From an uncultured Solirubrobacterales bacterium (GTDB lineage Bacteria; Actinomycetota; Thermoleophilia; Solirubrobacterales; 70-9), in the NCBI GenBank assembly GCA_963745915.1, contig CAVUZA010000001.1, positions 14,622 through 78,621 on the forward strand: 64,000 nucleotides of DNA, written 5' to 3'. The stretch's first letter is position 1. Every line of letters begins with the position of its first letter. The notes under the pieces are model-generated. The model was not told the DNA's origin. It did not search any database and saw only the letters and a list, made by a program, of their open reading frames with translations. Positions 27,352-36,603 of the stretch are shown one piece after another. Made by a program: the position numbers and the translations under genes.

Positions 27352-27873
27352 CTACTCCAGCTTCAGATTGCGTAGGGCGGCCCAGCGGGGGTCCGGAGCG
27401 GACTGGTGTTCGTGAGCTCGAGGGTCGGCGTCGTTGAGCGACTCGCCGCAGTCCGGGCAGAGGCCGGCGCAGTCGGGGCGGCAGAGGAGCTGGGTCGGGA
27501 GGGCGAGGACGGCGGCGTCGTGGGCCCAGCGGCCGAGGTCTAGCTCGTCGTCGGCGACGTAGGGGCTGAGCAGCTCCTCGTCGTCGGTGTCGTCCTGGGA
27601 GATCTCGCGGGCGTCGACCTCGGTCTCCAGCGCGGCGCCTTCGAGGCAGCGCATGCAGGGACCCTCGACCCGCAGCGGGAAGCGCAGGCGGAAGGCGTGG
27701 CCGCCGCTGGGGCGGGAGACGTCGATCCGCACCTGCACGGTCGCCGGCGCGACCTCGTAGCACTGGCCGCCCAGCTCGAGCGGCGCCAGCCGCACGGGGA
27801 GGTCGAGGCGCTTCCCTTCGCCGTGGGACAGCGACAGCCGGGCTAGGTCGATGATCGTTGTCGCATCAGCCAT
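27352..27873 (-). CDS. yceD: YceD/DUF177 family protein
   Basis: 173 aa, in the conserved position upstream of rpmF. CMRCLE ... CRPDCAGLCPDCG. Confidence 0.88.
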   Translation of the reverse strand: MADATTIIDLARLSLSHGEGKRLDLPVRLAPLELGGQCYEVAPATVQVRIDVSRPSGGHAFRLRFPLRVEGPCMRCLEGAALETEVDAREISQDDTDDEELLSPYVADDELDLGRWAHDAAVLALPTQLLCRPDCAGLCPDCGESLNDADPRAHEHQSAPDPRWAALRNLKLE

Positions 27874-27903
27874 TGGCGCTCCTCCGCTTCGGCCGGGCTT
27901 ACG

Positions 27904-28422
27904 ATGGGTTGCCGCCGAGATTACGGAATGAGCCGATTCGACTGGACACCGGAGGTCTACCTGGAGCGCATCCGCGCCCAGCTGCCGCGCTACGACGAGC
28001 TGCAGGAGCAGGCGATCGCCGCGATCCCCTTCCCGCCCGCCCGCGTGCTCGAGCTGGGGATGGGCACCGGGGAGACGACCCGGCGCCTGATCGAGGCCTA
28101 TCCCGAGGCCTGGGTGATCGGCCTCGACTCGAGCCCCGACATGGTCTTCCGCGCCCGCCAGACCTACGACGACGTGCAGCTGGCCCGCATGGAGGACCCG
28201 CTCCCCGACGGCCCCTGGGACCTGGTCATCTCAGTCCTCTCGGTCGCCGACCTGACCGACGACCAGCTCCAACCCCTCTGCCGCCGCATCAAGGAGCACT
28301 CCAAGTCCCTCGTAGTGGCAGACACCTTCGAGGAGGAAAAGCTAAAAGCCCTCCTAACCTGGTCAGACGCCAAAATCTCCTGGCAAGCCGACGACCTGGC
28401 CGTAGCAGTAGCGACGTATTGA
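27904..28422 (+). CDS. Class I SAM-dependent methyltransferase
   Basis: 172 aa with motif I VLELGMGTGETT. Alternative start MSRFDW at 27928. Confidence 0.75.
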   Translation: MGCRRDYGMSRFDWTPEVYLERIRAQLPRYDELQEQAIAAIPFPPARVLELGMGTGETTRRLIEAYPEAWVIGLDSSPDMVFRARQTYDDVQLARMEDPLPDGPWDLVISVLSVADLTDDQLQPLCRRIKEHSKSLVVADTFEEEKLKALLTWSDAKISWQADDLAVAVATY

Positions 28423-28500
28423 GAGAGGCCGGGCGCCCCTCCCAAAACACTCCAGCGAGGCTCCTGCCGAGCGTTTTGGGAGGGGCGCCCGGCCTCTCCC
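28421..28500. repeat. Copy C of the family-1 palindromic repeat
   Basis: GAGAGGCCGGGCGCCCCTCCCAAAAC / centre ACTCCAGCGAGGCTCCTGCCGAGC / GTTTTGGGAGGGGCGCCCGGCCTCTC. The 26-nt arms are perfect. It sits between convergent stops at 28422 and 28510. Confidence 0.85.
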
Positions 28501-28509
28501 GCTAAGACG

Positions 28510-29001
28510 CTATTCCTGCTGATCCAGGTCGACGACGGGCTGCTGCTGCTCGTCCTCGTCCCGCCCAGCCAACCGGTCCCGCCCCCGCTGCACCGCAGCG
28601 AGGAACTTCTGCAGATTCACCTCGAGCGTGTTGAGGATCTCGTCGGCGTAGTCCTCGGCGCCGAGCCGGATCTCGCGCTCGCGGGTGCGGGCGTCCTCGA
28701 CGATCTCGTCGGCGGCCCGCTCGGCCTGCTTGGTTACCTCCTCGTCGGAGATCAGGCGGGCCTGCTGCTCGCGCGCCTCGCGCACGATGCGCTCGGCCTC
28801 GCGCTTGGCCTCGGCCAGCATCTCCTGGCGCTCCTTGACGATCCAGCGCGCCTGCTTGATCTCCTCGGGGATCGTCGCCCGCATCTGGTCGAGCAGGTCG
28901 TAGATCTCCTCGCGATCGACGCGCACCTGGTCCGTGAGCGGCACCGGCCGCGCGTTGTGGACCACGTCGTCGAGCTTGTCTATTAGAACGAGAACGTCCA
29001 T
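28510..29001 (-). CDS. Conserved coiled-coil protein of unknown function
   Basis: 163 aa. MDVLVLIDKLDDVVHNARPVPLTDQVRVDREEIYDLLDQMRATIPEEIKQARWI, then a charged coiled coil. Relatives are often auto-annotated as ATP-synthase-subunit-like. No function can be supported from the sequence. Confidence 0.6.
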   Translation of the reverse strand: MDVLVLIDKLDDVVHNARPVPLTDQVRVDREEIYDLLDQMRATIPEEIKQARWIVKERQEMLAEAKREAERIVREAREQQARLISDEEVTKQAERAADEIVEDARTREREIRLGAEDYADEILNTLEVNLQKFLAAVQRGRDRLAGRDEDEQQQPVVDLDQQE

Positions 29002-29104
29002 CAGCAGGTCGTAAGCCTACGTGTCAGCGGCACTTTCGGTGAAGAAGCGGTGATTTCCTCGGGTTTTTGCAAGCTCTCGCCCAGACCGCTTCGCTGGCGC
29101 AACC

Positions 29105-29605
29105 CTACCTGTCGCCCAGGCGGTCCGTCATCGCGGCCGCCACCGGCCCGGGGACGAGGTCGGAGACGTCGGCGCCGAAGGTCGCCATTTCCTTGACCCC
29201 GGTCGAGGAGAGGAAGCTGTACTGGGGCGAGGCGATCATGTAGACGCTCTCGATCCCGGGGTCGAGCTTGCGGTTCAGCTGCGCCATCTCGAACTCGTAC
29301 TCGAAGTCGGAGATCGCCCGCAGGCCCTTGACGATCGCCTTCGCCCCCAGTTCGCGGGCGAACTCGACCAGCAGGTTGGAGAAGATCTGGGCCTCGACGT
29401 TGCCGAGGTCGGCGGTCGCCTCTTCGATCATCCCCTTGCGCTCCTCGGCGGTGAACAGGGTCTTGTCCTTGCGCATCGGGTTGTTGACGATGCCGACCAC
29501 GACCCGCTCGAAGATCTGCGAGCTGCGGGTGATGATGTCGATGTGGCCGTTGGTGACCGGGTCGTAGCTGCCCGGGCAGACGACGGCGCCGTCGCGCTCA
29601 GCCAC
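29105..29605 (-). CDS. coaD: Phosphopantetheine adenylyltransferase
   Basis: GTG at 29603-29605. CPGSYDPVTNGHIDII (HxGH-type), KGLRAISDFEYE, SSTGVKE. The upstream part of the track ORF overlaps rsmD and is artefactual. Confidence 0.9.
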   Translation of the reverse strand: MAERDGAVVCPGSYDPVTNGHIDIITRSSQIFERVVVGIVNNPMRKDKTLFTAEERKGMIEEATADLGNVEAQIFSNLLVEFARELGAKAIVKGLRAISDFEYEFEMAQLNRKLDPGIESVYMIASPQYSFLSSTGVKEMATFGADVSDLVPGPVAAAMTDRLGDR

Positions 29606-30146
29606 CGGCGGCCTCGCCGTAGAAGCTGACCTCGGTGCCGCCGTAGCGGCGCTGGCGCAGGCGCGCGAGCGACTGCAGCCGCAGCGGCCGGCCGGCGCCA
29701 CTCTCGATCACGGCCCGCCCCCCCGCGGCGAGGAGGCGAGGCAGATGGGTGTCCAGATCCTGCCCCACGCGGTCGGCGAGTCTATACGGGGCGTCGACGA
29801 AGACGAGGTCGAAGCGCGGCGGCTCGGGCTCCTCGGCGCGGCGGGCGAGCCAGCGCGGCACGTCGCTGCGGACCAGCTCGACCCGCTCGCCGAGGTCGAG
29901 CAGCTCGACGTTGCCGAGCGCCGCCCGGGTGTCGCGGTCGACCAGCGTGGCGCCGGCGGCGCCGCGCGAGAGCGCCTCGATCGCCAGCGCCCCGGTGCCG
30001 CAGAAGAGGTCGAGCACGGTGGCGCCGCCGACCTCGCCGAGCGCCGAGAAGACCGCCTCGCGCACGCGGTCGGAGGTCGGCCTCACCTTCCAGCCGCGCG
30101 GCGCCACCAGCCGCCGCCCTCCCAGCTCTCCCGCGATCACCCGCAC
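29598..30146 (-). CDS. rsmD: 16S rRNA (guanine966-N2)-methyltransferase RsmD
   Basis: 182 aa. RPTSDRVREAVFS, LDLFCGTGALAIEALSRGA, VFVDAPY. Confidence 0.9.
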   Translation of the reverse strand: MRVIAGELGGRRLVAPRGWKVRPTSDRVREAVFSALGEVGGATVLDLFCGTGALAIEALSRGAAGATLVDRDTRAALGNVELLDLGERVELVRSDVPRWLARRAEEPEPPRFDLVFVDAPYRLADRVGQDLDTHLPRLLAAGGRAVIESGAGRPLRLQSLARLRQRRYGGTEVSFYGEAAGG

Positions 30147-30147
30147 G

Positions 30148-32274
30148 TCACAGTGGTATCGGGTCGGCGGCGCCGGCGCCGAAGCGGCGACGGGCGGCCT
30201 CGAGCAGGGGGCCGAGCGCGGGGGCCTCGAGCGAGCCGTGCTCGCGCAGCAGGGCGAGCACCTCCTCGCGGGCGGCCTCCAGGGTCGCTTCGTCCTCGGG
30301 CAGCTCGGCGACGCGGAAGCGGGGCAGGCCGTGCTGGCGGGTGCCGAGCACCTCGCCCTCGCCGCGCAGCAGCAGGTCGACCTCGGCGAGGCGGAAGCCG
30401 TCGCTCTCCCCCGCCACCGCCGCCAGCCGCCGGCGCGCCAGCTCGCCCGCCTCTTCGGGGAAGAGCAGGCAGACCGACTCGTGCTCGCCGCGGCCGACCC
30501 GGCCGCGCAGCTGGTGCAGCTGGGAGACGCCGTAGCGCTCCGCCCCCTCGATCACCATCACGGTCGCGTTGGCGACGTCGATGCCGACCTCGATCACCGT
30601 CGTCGCCACCAGCACGTCGGTCTCGCCGGCGGCGAAGGCCTCCATCGCCGCCGCCTTCTCGGCCGAGCGCATCTGGCCGTGGATGACGCCGACCCGGAAC
30701 TCGCGCAGCTCGCCGGCGGCGAGGCGCTCGGCCTCGGCCTCGGCCGCCCGTCCGAGGATCTTCTCCGACTCGGAGACCAGCGGGCAGACGACGTAGGCCT
30801 GGCGGCCGGCGCGCAGCTGGTCGCGGATGAAGCCGTAGGCGCCCTGGCGCTCGTCCTCGGCGACGATCCGGGTCGCCACCGGCTTGCGCCCGGAGGGCAG
30901 CTGGTGCAGGGCGGTGGTGTCGAGGTCGCCGTAGGCGGTCAGCGAGAGCGTGCGCGGGATCGGCGTCGCGGTCATGTGCAGGACGTGGGGCGCCATCCCC
31001 TCGACCCCCTTGGCGTCGAGCTTGCGGCGCTGCTCGACGCCGAAGCGGTGCTGCTCGTCGACCACGCAGAGGGCGAGGCGGGCGAAGCGCACGTCGGGCT
31101 CGATCAGGGCGTGGGTGCCGACCAGCAGGCCGAGCTCGCCGCTGGCCAGGCGCTCCAGGTGTTCGCGGCGGCGCGCCGCTTTGGTCGCCCCGGTGAGCAG
31201 CGCGAAGGGGGTCGCGTCGTGGGCCAGCAGCCGTTCCAGGGTCAGCGCGTGCTGCTCGGCGAGGGTCTCGGTCGGCGCCATCAGCACCGCCTGGTAGCCG
31301 GCTTCCAGCGCCCGCAGCATCGAGTAGAGGGCGACGACGGTCTTGCCGCTGCCGACCTCGCCCATCAGCAGACGCTGCATCGGCTCGCCCGAGTCGAGGT
31401 CGGCGTCGATCTCGTCGAAGGCGCGCAGCTGGTCGCGGGTCGGCTCGAAGGGCAGCGACTCGACCCAGAGCCCGACCCGCTCGCCGGGCCGGCCCAGCTT
31501 CGGCGCCGGCCGCGCCGTGCGGTGGGCGCGCTTGCGGGTGGTGAGGATCGCCTGGTAGAGGAAGAGCTCTTCGAAGCGCAGCCGCTCGCGCGCCGCCTCG
31601 ACCTCGTCCGCCGCCTCGGGCAGGTGCATCGCGGCGACCGCGTCGGCCACCCCGGCCAGCCCGCGGCGGGCGCGCAGGGCGGCCGGCAGGCCCTCGACCA
31701 GGTTCGGCGCCAGGCCGACCGCCTGCTCGATCCAGCGGCGCACGTCCTGCGCCCGCAGCCCCTCGCTGAGGGCGTGGACGGGGACCAGGCCGCCCTCGGC
31801 GCTGGGCGCCTCGGCGAACTCGTATTCGCCGACGACGAAGCCGCGCGTGCCCTTGCTGCCGGTGAGCAGCAGCCGCGTGCCGGGGGTCAGCTTGGCGGCG
31901 ACCCAGGGCTGGTTGAACCAGGTCGCCCGGATCGTGCCCGACTCGTCGCCGACCTTGACCCCGACGATGCTCAGCCCGCGGCGGCGGAAGGGGCGCGGGG
32001 CGCTGCCCAGCACCTCGACCGCGACCGTCGCCTGCCGTTTGGGCTCGAGGCCGGCGACCGGGACCACGCTGCGGTCGCGGTGGCGGCGCGGGAAGCGCAG
32101 CAGCAGGTCGCCGACGCTGGCGATCCCGGCCTCGGCGGCGGCCGCGGCGGTCTTCGGGCCGACTCCGTCGAGCGCCTGCAGCGAGGCGTCGAGCGCCGCC
32201 GGCCGCGGCCAGTGCAGCGGCGCCGCCCGCAGCTGGGCCGGGCTAAGCCTGCGCCCATGCCCGAAACCGCGCAT
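30148..32274 (-). CDS. recG: ATP-dependent DNA helicase RecG
   Basis: 708 aa. Wedge/OB N-terminus, LLMGEVGSGKTVVAL (motif I), VVDEQHRFGV (motif II), MTATPIPRTL, QLHQLRGRVGRG. Confidence 0.95.
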   Translation of the reverse strand: MRGFGHGRRLSPAQLRAAPLHWPRPAALDASLQALDGVGPKTAAAAAEAGIASVGDLLLRFPRRHRDRSVVPVAGLEPKRQATVAVEVLGSAPRPFRRRGLSIVGVKVGDESGTIRATWFNQPWVAAKLTPGTRLLLTGSKGTRGFVVGEYEFAEAPSAEGGLVPVHALSEGLRAQDVRRWIEQAVGLAPNLVEGLPAALRARRGLAGVADAVAAMHLPEAADEVEAARERLRFEELFLYQAILTTRKRAHRTARPAPKLGRPGERVGLWVESLPFEPTRDQLRAFDEIDADLDSGEPMQRLLMGEVGSGKTVVALYSMLRALEAGYQAVLMAPTETLAEQHALTLERLLAHDATPFALLTGATKAARRREHLERLASGELGLLVGTHALIEPDVRFARLALCVVDEQHRFGVEQRRKLDAKGVEGMAPHVLHMTATPIPRTLSLTAYGDLDTTALHQLPSGRKPVATRIVAEDERQGAYGFIRDQLRAGRQAYVVCPLVSESEKILGRAAEAEAERLAAGELREFRVGVIHGQMRSAEKAAAMEAFAAGETDVLVATTVIEVGIDVANATVMVIEGAERYGVSQLHQLRGRVGRGEHESVCLLFPEEAGELARRRLAAVAGESDGFRLAEVDLLLRGEGEVLGTRQHGLPRFRVAELPEDEATLEAAREEVLALLREHGSLEAPALGPLLEAARRRFGAGAADPIPL

Positions 32275-32397
32275 TACGGCCCCGCTGCGGGCGACGACGC
32301 GAGCGAACCTCGCGACGCCGCCCGCCCGTTCCCGCGACCAACGAGGCGGTTTCCGCTCCCAGTTACCGCCCAGGGGACGACGGCGGCACGTCCCAGC

Positions 32398-35300
32398 TCA
32401 CAGCATCCATCCCTGAAGTGGCATCCACTTCTGCACTCGCGAATTGCCCGAGTCGAGGACCCAGAAGTCACCATTTTTCGCCAGGGCGATCCGGAGCCAG
32501 GAGCGAGTATCGAACTGCCCTTCGCCGGAGCCGGCCTGCCCGAACTTGGTGATGAATTCGCCAGATTCATTGAATACCTGAATTCGATTGGCTTCTGCAT
32601 CGGCTGCCCAAACGTAGCCCCGATCGTCAACCGCGATATCGGTGATCTCGGTGAACTGGCCGTCGCCGGTGCCCTGAGAGCCGAATCGTTGTAGCACGTT
32701 GCCTTCCTGATCCACGAGCGCAATTCGGCGCCGCCAATGTTCGGCGACCCAGAAGTTGCCGTTCGGCGCCAAGTCGATGGCCCATGGCTTACCCAGGAAG
32801 CCCAGCGAAAGCGATTTGACGTATTCGTCGGCCGGGTTGAACTTATCAATGCGGTCCGCTTCGTAGTCGGCGACCCAGATGTTGTCGCTGGAGTCGACCA
32901 ACACGTCGACCGGGAACGCGACCTGACCGGGTTCCCGCCCGTAGGTCGCCAGGGTGGCGAGCAGCTGCCCGGTGCGGCTGTACTTGACCAGCCGATTTCC
33001 CATCCCACAGACCACGTAGATATCTCCGTTGGAGTTGACCGAGGAGGCAAGCGGGTCGTTGCAAGTCGCGAACTGGCTTAGGTATTCGCCCGATTTCGAG
33101 AAGTTCTGCAAACGGTCGTTACCCCCATCCGCGACCCAGAGCGTCCCATCGGTGGAATCGACCGATACGCCCGCAGCGTATTCGAACTGACCGTCACCGT
33201 GCCCTTCGCTGCCGAATGTGGAGTCATAGGTAGGCGAAAAGCTTCGCCCACTCCACTTCTGCACTCGCGAATTGCCCGAGTCGAGGACCCAGAAGTCACC
33301 ATTTTTCGCCAGGGCGATCCGGAGCCAGGAGCGAGTATCGAACTGCCCTTCGCCGGAGCCGGCCTGCCCGAACTTGGTGATGAATTCGCCAGATTCATTG
33401 AATACCTGAATTCGATTGGCTTCTGCATCGGCTGCCCAAACGTAGCCCCGATCGTCAACCGCGATATCGGTGATCTCGGTGAACTGGCCGTCGCCGGTGC
33501 CCTGAGAGCCGAATCGTTGTAGCACGTTGCCTTCCTGATCCACGAGCGCAATTCGGCGCCGCCAATGTTCGGCGACCCAGAAGTTGCCGTTCGGCGCCAA
33601 GTCGATGGCCCATGGCTTACCCAGGAAGCCCAGCGAAAGCGATTTGACGTATTCGTCGGCCGGGTTGAACTTATCAATGCGGTCCGCTTCGTAGTCGGCG
33701 ACCCAGATGTTGTCGCTGGAGTCGACCAACACGTCGACCGGGAACGCGACCTGACCGGGTTCCCGCCCGTAGGTCGCCAGGGTGGCGAGCAGCTGCCCGG
33801 TGCGGCTGTACTTGACCAGCCGATTTCCCATCCCACAGACCACGTAGATATCTCCGTTGGAGTTGACCGAGGAGGCAAGCGGGTCGTTGCAAGTCGCGAA
33901 CTGGCTTAGGTATTCGCCCGATTTCGAGAAGTTCTGCAAACGGTCGTTACCCCCATCCGCGACCCAGAGCGTCCCATCGGTGGAATCGACCGATACGCCC
34001 GCAGCGTATTCGAACTGACCGTCACCGTGCCCTTCGCTGCCGAATGTGGAGTCATAGGTAGGCGCGCCTATCGTTGTAAACGATTCCGCTTCTCCGACCG
34101 AAACGCCTTCCGGACTCGAGGCCGTAGCCCGATAGTAGTAAGTCGTCTCCGGTTCCAGGCCAGAGACGAAGGTTTGAACATCGATCGGCTGGTCCCCGTC
34201 GCCGATGCCTTCAGGACTACCTGGGGTTGTCACGGCGTGATCGAAGCCGTGCTCGTCACCAAGTGTTTTGATGTCTTCAAAATACGTATCGGCATCGACA
34301 TACTGCGCCTGCCAGGCCGTTTCGTACCCTTGCGGGTTGATCTTCGCCGGAAGCCACGCAGATTCCTCAGCCGGCGCGACTACCGGCGCCGGGTCGATCG
34401 TGGGCTCTTTTCGTTCGGTCCCTGTGACATAGATCGCGCCAGGCGACGTGACCGTCAACGCAGGCGACATGCGAATCGGCGTATCCGTATTCAACCATGG
34501 GCATTCAGAACCAGCCGCCTCGCCAAGATTCGTCGAGCCCCTGACCAGTGCTGGGTTTCCGCCAGCCAGGTTGGTCGATTCCCCGTCCCACTCAATGCTG
34601 CAGTCGACCGGGACCGCCGCCGTCGGACAGGAGACATCAAAACCTGTTTCCCCTGCAGGCCTTAGCCGACCTTCGCTTCCGAAACGCCAGCTCAATGTCG
34701 CCGCAACCGGCAGCCCGCTCATGGTGACTGTGCATTCAGCTCCACCGAGCTCGCTGCACCCGCCAAATGCCCAAGAGGAAATCGACATCGACAGCGGGTG
34801 GCCCGCCGTCGCGCTATTTGAGAACTCGAGCGTCGATTCCGAGCAGGACACTCTGTCCAATTCAGCGTAAATAGTGAATTCATCGCCGCTGGCGGAGATC
34901 GTCGTCCCCGAGTCGAACCGATCCGGCAGACTGCACGTGAGCTGGGACGTTTTGCACAGAGTGGTTCCCCATTCCGGTGTCTGAACCAACTCTGGCCCGA
35001 AGGCACGCCCAGCACTCGATGTTTTGTAGCCGTTGGATGGAATCCTTGCCACAAGTCGATAGCGGTCTGCGAGCGTCGCCGCGCCTTCCGTAGCTTCTTG
35101 TGTCACATGCACAAGCGACGTCCCGCTCGTCGACACCGACCCCGTCGCCTTAGACCATCCAGTCGATCTGTGATATTCGAAATAATATTCGACTTCCGGA
35201 TAAGGCGACGGTTCCACATCGCCCTCCAGGATGACGGTCCCCGTCGATCCGAGTTCCATCGTCGCGGGACCGATGATATTGAGGGTCGGCGGTTCGGGGT

Positions 35301-36435
35301 CGGAAACTTCACAGAAGTTCGAGGTTTCCCCTTCCCCCGTCAAGGTTCGGTAGTTGTCCTTCAGGGGCTCAACAAGCGCTCCGTTGGGAAGCTGTTTCAG
35401 CGGCATGGCGTCGCAATAGTCGGCGATCTCGACGAGACTGAGGAATTTCCCACTTTCGCTCATCACCGGTATTGCCCACCCTCCGCCTGGATACGGATCG
35501 GTAACGCTCTCGGCGTACTCATGCGATGTGCTGTGCGCCAACGATTCCGAAAGAGTTTTGCCGCATCCGGGCTGGTAGCCATACTGAAGGAAGAAGCTGT
35601 AGGCCACGCCGCTTCCATATTCGTGATACGCGCAGAAGCTTCCGGTGAAACCTTCTTCGTAGGTGGTCCCCGGAGGGGCATATATGAGTATCTGCGTATT
35701 CGGGGTCATCTCCCAACCGGTCTTTTCCGCAATGGAAGAGACCTCATGCTGCACATCGAGATGGCCCACGTTGGTTGGAGTGGTGACCGATTTGTCAACG
35801 AAGATGTCGGTTGAAGGATCGAAATGCACGACGTTTGTCGGCTTTTCGGGGTACCTGACCGGGGTATATGAGTTCCAAAAATACTGAGTGAGGATTCCCT
35901 GATAATCGGAGCCCGAAAGGCCTTCGAAGAGAAGGGAGAGGGCCGAACGCACCTGCGAGTAGCTTTCAGCTTTTTCCCAGTCGCTCCCCCAGAACACGAT
36001 GTGGGGTTCAGGTTCCTTCTGCACCCCACCGCCGAAGTAGGTCAGCGTGCTTTCGCTTGACAGACCCGATATGTAATCGTCCCCAAACGTCGGAAGATCG
36101 CTTTTACCCCCGCGCCGACCGGGGCGTAGTTCGGCAGCGGTACCGCGCCCACGTCGAGGCTGAAAATGCACTGCCCTGTTCTCCGCCCAGGACGGCATGG
36201 GAGTACTGTGCCCCAGACCCTTGTGGAAATAGTCGTGCTCGAGGCCCGGCGCCCGCAGCCCGCGGACGTGGGGGTTGACGTTTCGCCGGGTGTGGGGATT
36301 TGCCGAGGCGCCTACGGCAAAGAGCAAAAGGCCGATTGCCGCGGCTCCTATGAAACTCGCAAGTCTTCCTGCGTGCAAATCGATCCGTGCGAAGCTATCG
36401 GGTCTCCCGTGAGCCATCTTCCCCCAACCTTTCAT
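32398..36435 (-). CDS. Large (1345 aa) membrane-anchored/secreted multidomain protein: N-terminal domain of unknown family (SHEYAESVTDP), two FN3-like modules, a Cys-rich region, and two identical six-bladed NHL beta-propellers
   Basis: Intact ORF. N-terminal hydrophobic anchor FIGAAAIGLLLFAVGA. YYFEY and TTYYYRA FN3-like signatures. 12 NHL-type blades (…GQF..P.GVAVD..G.lWVAD..N.RIQ.F…). G+C is lower than the flanks. Confidence 0.8.
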   Translation of the reverse strand: MKGWGKMAHGRPDSFARIDLHAGRLASFIGAAAIGLLLFAVGASANPHTRRNVNPHVRGLRAPGLEHDYFHKGLGHSTPMPSWAENRAVHFQPRRGRGTAAELRPGRRGGKSDLPTFGDDYISGLSSESTLTYFGGGVQKEPEPHIVFWGSDWEKAESYSQVRSALSLLFEGLSGSDYQGILTQYFWNSYTPVRYPEKPTNVVHFDPSTDIFVDKSVTTPTNVGHLDVQHEVSSIAEKTGWEMTPNTQILIYAPPGTTYEEGFTGSFCAYHEYGSGVAYSFFLQYGYQPGCGKTLSESLAHSTSHEYAESVTDPYPGGGWAIPVMSESGKFLSLVEIADYCDAMPLKQLPNGALVEPLKDNYRTLTGEGETSNFCEVSDPEPPTLNIIGPATMELGSTGTVILEGDVEPSPYPEVEYYFEYHRSTGWSKATGSVSTSGTSLVHVTQEATEGAATLADRYRLVARIPSNGYKTSSAGRAFGPELVQTPEWGTTLCKTSQLTCSLPDRFDSGTTISASGDEFTIYAELDRVSCSESTLEFSNSATAGHPLSMSISSWAFGGCSELGGAECTVTMSGLPVAATLSWRFGSEGRLRPAGETGFDVSCPTAAVPVDCSIEWDGESTNLAGGNPALVRGSTNLGEAAGSECPWLNTDTPIRMSPALTVTSPGAIYVTGTERKEPTIDPAPVVAPAEESAWLPAKINPQGYETAWQAQYVDADTYFEDIKTLGDEHGFDHAVTTPGSPEGIGDGDQPIDVQTFVSGLEPETTYYYRATASSPEGVSVGEAESFTTIGAPTYDSTFGSEGHGDGQFEYAAGVSVDSTDGTLWVADGGNDRLQNFSKSGEYLSQFATCNDPLASSVNSNGDIYVVCGMGNRLVKYSRTGQLLATLATYGREPGQVAFPVDVLVDSSDNIWVADYEADRIDKFNPADEYVKSLSLGFLGKPWAIDLAPNGNFWVAEHWRRRIALVDQEGNVLQRFGSQGTGDGQFTEITDIAVDDRGYVWAADAEANRIQVFNESGEFITKFGQAGSGEGQFDTRSWLRIALAKNGDFWVLDSGNSRVQKWSGRSFSPTYDSTFGSEGHGDGQFEYAAGVSVDSTDGTLWVADGGNDRLQNFSKSGEYLSQFATCNDPLASSVNSNGDIYVVCGMGNRLVKYSRTGQLLATLATYGREPGQVAFPVDVLVDSSDNIWVADYEADRIDKFNPADEYVKSLSLGFLGKPWAIDLAPNGNFWVAEHWRRRIALVDQEGNVLQRFGSQGTGDGQFTEITDIAVDDRGYVWAADAEANRIQVFNESGEFITKFGQAGSGEGQFDTRSWLRIALAKNGDFWVLDSGNSRVQKWMPLQGWML
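32424..34064. repeat. Perfect tandem duplication: two identical 813-bp units (32424-33236 and 33252-34064) with a period of 828 bp, inside the NHL gene
   Basis: Raw lines and all overlapping ORF translations are identical at an offset of 828 (for example ORFs 32737..33081 = 33565..33909, and 33199 vs 34027). The units are separated by a 15-nt junction. 828 = 276 codons. Confidence 0.95.
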
Positions 36436-36603
36436 GTGTTCCCTGCTCGGCTCGAAAGCCGACTCTGAACGAACCGGTCCGACCCTAGACCGCCAGGTCA
36501 GCGTCGACTACACCTATATGGGGGACTTGACGATTGCCACTGCGCCATTTGGGGCGCGAGTTTGCAGAGGAGCGGCCGCAGCGGATACCGAGCATGACCG
36601 CTG

